The notes below the pieces were generated by a model that did no database searches, was not told the DNA's origin, and worked only from the letters and a program-made list of their open reading frames with translations. A DNA stretch of 11,831 nucleotides from NCBI GenBank assembly GCA_964014485.1, contig CAXHAT010000219.1, forward strand, positions 1-11,831, in the 5' to 3' direction. The translations under genes were made by a program, and so were the position numbers. This document shows positions 9,890 to 11,831 of the stretch, piece after piece; within the stretch, counting starts at the first letter, position 1, and each line of letters begins with the position of its first letter. Source of the DNA: an uncultured Deferribacteres bacterium (GTDB taxonomy: Bacteria > Zhuqueibacterota > Zhuqueibacteria > Zhuqueibacterales > Geothermadaptataceae).

Positions 9890-11083
9890 TTAATTCAATT
9901 TGTCCAAACACCTTTTGATACGCTCAAAACTCTTGCCTATATCATGGTCCAACCCTACTGAAATCCGTACAAGCCCATCACTTAATCCGAGCTTTTCGCG
10001 TTCATCCTTTGGGATTTCCGATGACGTACTGTGGCCCGGAGAGCTAAAAAGGGTTTTAAAATAGCCTAGACTGACCGCCAGATATCCGACCTTCTCCTCC
10101 TGCATTCTTGTCATGAAGTGATTGGCGGCTTTCTCATTGCCAAGATCTACGGCAAGCATCCCGCCGAATCCAAAACCTGGATTCGCCAGAGAAGCCATCA
10201 GATCATGCTGCCTGTGAGACGGCAGCCCCGGATAAAACACAGGGAGTCCAAGTTGTTCGAAGCGCGTCGCAAGGAATTCAGCGTTGGCGCTATGTTTTTG
10301 CATACGGATATGCAAGCTATGAAGGTTTTTCAGGATGCTTGCAGCCCTATGGCTGTCCAAAACCGCTCCTAACAACATTGAAGCGCCGCTATTGACGTCG
10401 ATTAACTCATGAAAAAAATCTTTACTTGAACAGACGCAGCCGGCAACGCAATCACTGGTGCCGTTAATGAACTTTGTCAGGCTATGAACAACGACATGAG
10501 CGCCTAGACGAAGCGGAGAAATAATCATCGGGCTGAAGGTATTATCGACAACGAGCTTGAGCCCTTTCTCATTAGCAAGTTGGCTCAACGTCGGAATATC
10601 AGCAATTTCAAGCAAGGGATTGCTCATCGATTCGCAGAAAATCATGCGAGTGCGCTCAGTTATTGCGCTTTTTACAGCATCTAGGTCATTGATGTCGACA
10701 AAGTTTGTTCTTACGCCCAATCGCGGGAGAAAATTTTTGAGCAGTGCATAGGTGCCGCCATAAACAGTCCTGTTAGAGACGATCTCGTCCCCCGAGCTGC
10801 AAATCTGTAAAACCGTGTTGCTTATCGCCGCCATGCCGGAACCAGTGACAATCGACGCTTCGCTGTTTTCAAGCTTGGCCAGCGCATCCGACAAGAATTT
10901 GTTAATTGGGTTCAGGTGCCGCGAATAAAGAAAACATCCTTCCAACTCATGGTCAAACATCTCCTCCATTCGATCAGGGTTCAGGAAAGTAAAAGTAGAC
11001 GAATCCGTAATCGACGGGTTAACGCCGCCATACTCGCCAAAAATTAAAAAATCCTGAACTTCGCCGCTAGGATCAAAAGCCAT
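9890..11083 (-). CDS. PLP-dependent Cys/Met metabolism enzyme, probable methionine gamma-lyase
   Basis: YSRHLNP, GSGMAAI, YGGT, ESMSNP, VVDNTF, HSLTKFING (PLP lysine), VSLG and GLVRISVGL. ATG at 11083 is preferred over GTG 11092 because AGGGTG lies 6 nt upstream of it. Confidence 0.85.
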   Translation of the reverse strand: MAFDPSGEVQDFLIFGEYGGVNPSITDSSTFTFLNPDRMEEMFDHELEGCFLYSRHLNPINKFLSDALAKLENSEASIVTGSGMAAISNTVLQICSSGDEIVSNRTVYGGTYALLKNFLPRLGVRTNFVDINDLDAVKSAITERTRMIFCESMSNPLLEIADIPTLSQLANEKGLKLVVDNTFSPMIISPLRLGAHVVVHSLTKFINGTSDCVAGCVCSSKDFFHELIDVNSGASMLLGAVLDSHRAASILKNLHSLHIRMQKHSANAEFLATRFEQLGLPVFYPGLPSHRQHDLMASLANPGFGFGGMLAVDLGNEKAANHFMTRMQEEKVGYLAVSLGYFKTLFSSPGHSTSSEIPKDEREKLGLSDGLVRISVGLDHDIGKSFERIKRCLDKLN

Positions 11084-11125
11084 AAGTTGCACCCTGAATG
11101 GAAGTCAAAACGCTTTCATGTTCAT

Positions 11126-11780
11126 TTATGCACTCACTGCATTCTCGACCAATTCTACAGACAAAAGCGACGTTTGAATCTTGATTTTTATCCCGAACGG
11201 AATCGTATGTTTTACGCCGCCGTGTCCGTAATCAAAATGTGAAATCACTGGAATGGGAAGATCGCCAAAATATTCTGTGAGAATTTCGTCAATGGTGGCG
11301 GACGGGAAGCCTTCCTCCGGTTTGCAATCGATGAATTGGCCAAGAATCAAACCGGAAATGTGGTCAAAAACGCCGGCGTTTTGCAACCGCGCCAAACAGT
11401 AATCGATTTTCCTCGGCTCTTCACCTATGTCTTCCAGAATCAGAATATTATTCGACAAATCAGGCATGAAAGGCGTGCCCGGCAATCCGGCGACCAAAGA
11501 AAGACATCCGCCCAGAATTGAGCCTTTCCCTTTTCCTTGAGAAATAATCTGAAAGTCTTCTTCTAAGGGCGACAGAGTGATCGGCGCTGTTTTTTCGCCG
11601 TCCAAAATTCCCCAGAAATTCGATTCTGTTCTGGGATCAATTCCGGCGGCAAATTCGACGGCCACCATTGGCCCGGAAAACGTGACGAGTCCGGTTTTTT
11701 GGAAAATCGCCATTTGCAATGCGGTCAAGTCGCTATAGCCGACAAAAATTTTTGGATTTCGACGGATGACGTCATAATCG
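11126..11780 (-). CDS. LD-carboxypeptidase, peptidase family S66 (LdcA/MccF-like), 5'-truncated
   Basis: NPKIFVGYSDLTAL (Ser nucleophile), TFSGPMV, GGCLSL, LILEDIGE (Glu) and DYGHG (His). The N-terminal part is missing and replaced by adapter sequence. Confidence 0.9.
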
Positions 11781-11831
11781 CGGTCTCTTATACACATCTC
11801 CGAGCCCACGAGACTCCATTGCATCTCGTAT
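11781..11831 (+). other. Illumina Nextera adapter read-through (technical contamination)
   Basis: C[G]GTCTCTTATACACATCT (Tn5 mosaic end, 18/19 match, 11781-11799), CCGAGCCCACGAGAC (11800-11814), 8-nt index TCCATTGC (11815-11822), ATCTCGTAT (start of the P7 complement). Confidence 0.98.

Noticed and set aside
11781..11799. Tn5/IS50 transposon end
   Set aside because: It is the synthetic mosaic end followed by Illumina primer and index sequence, so it is a library artefact and not a natural transposon.

Overview
A bacterial housekeeping region with every credible gene on the minus strand. In transcription order (right to left): S66 LD-carboxypeptidase (5'-truncated), PLP-dependent Met/Cys gamma-lyase, purN, purH, mreB, mreC, mreD, mrdA (PBP2), rodA, a CpoB/YbgF-like TPR lipoprotein, and a GalT-family nucleotidyltransferase. 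The GalT gene runs off the left edge and is missing from the supplied ORF track. The purH-mreBCD-mrdA-rodA order suggests an FCB-group organism (inference). The last ~51 nt are Illumina Nextera adapter, so the supplied N-terminus of ORF 11126..11824 is an artefact. I do not see a convincing new multi-gene system. The most interesting unexplained structure is a 133-bp imperfect inverted-repeat element flanked by TAA direct repeats between purN and purH. It is a candidate MITE and carries two face-to-face promoter-like motifs.
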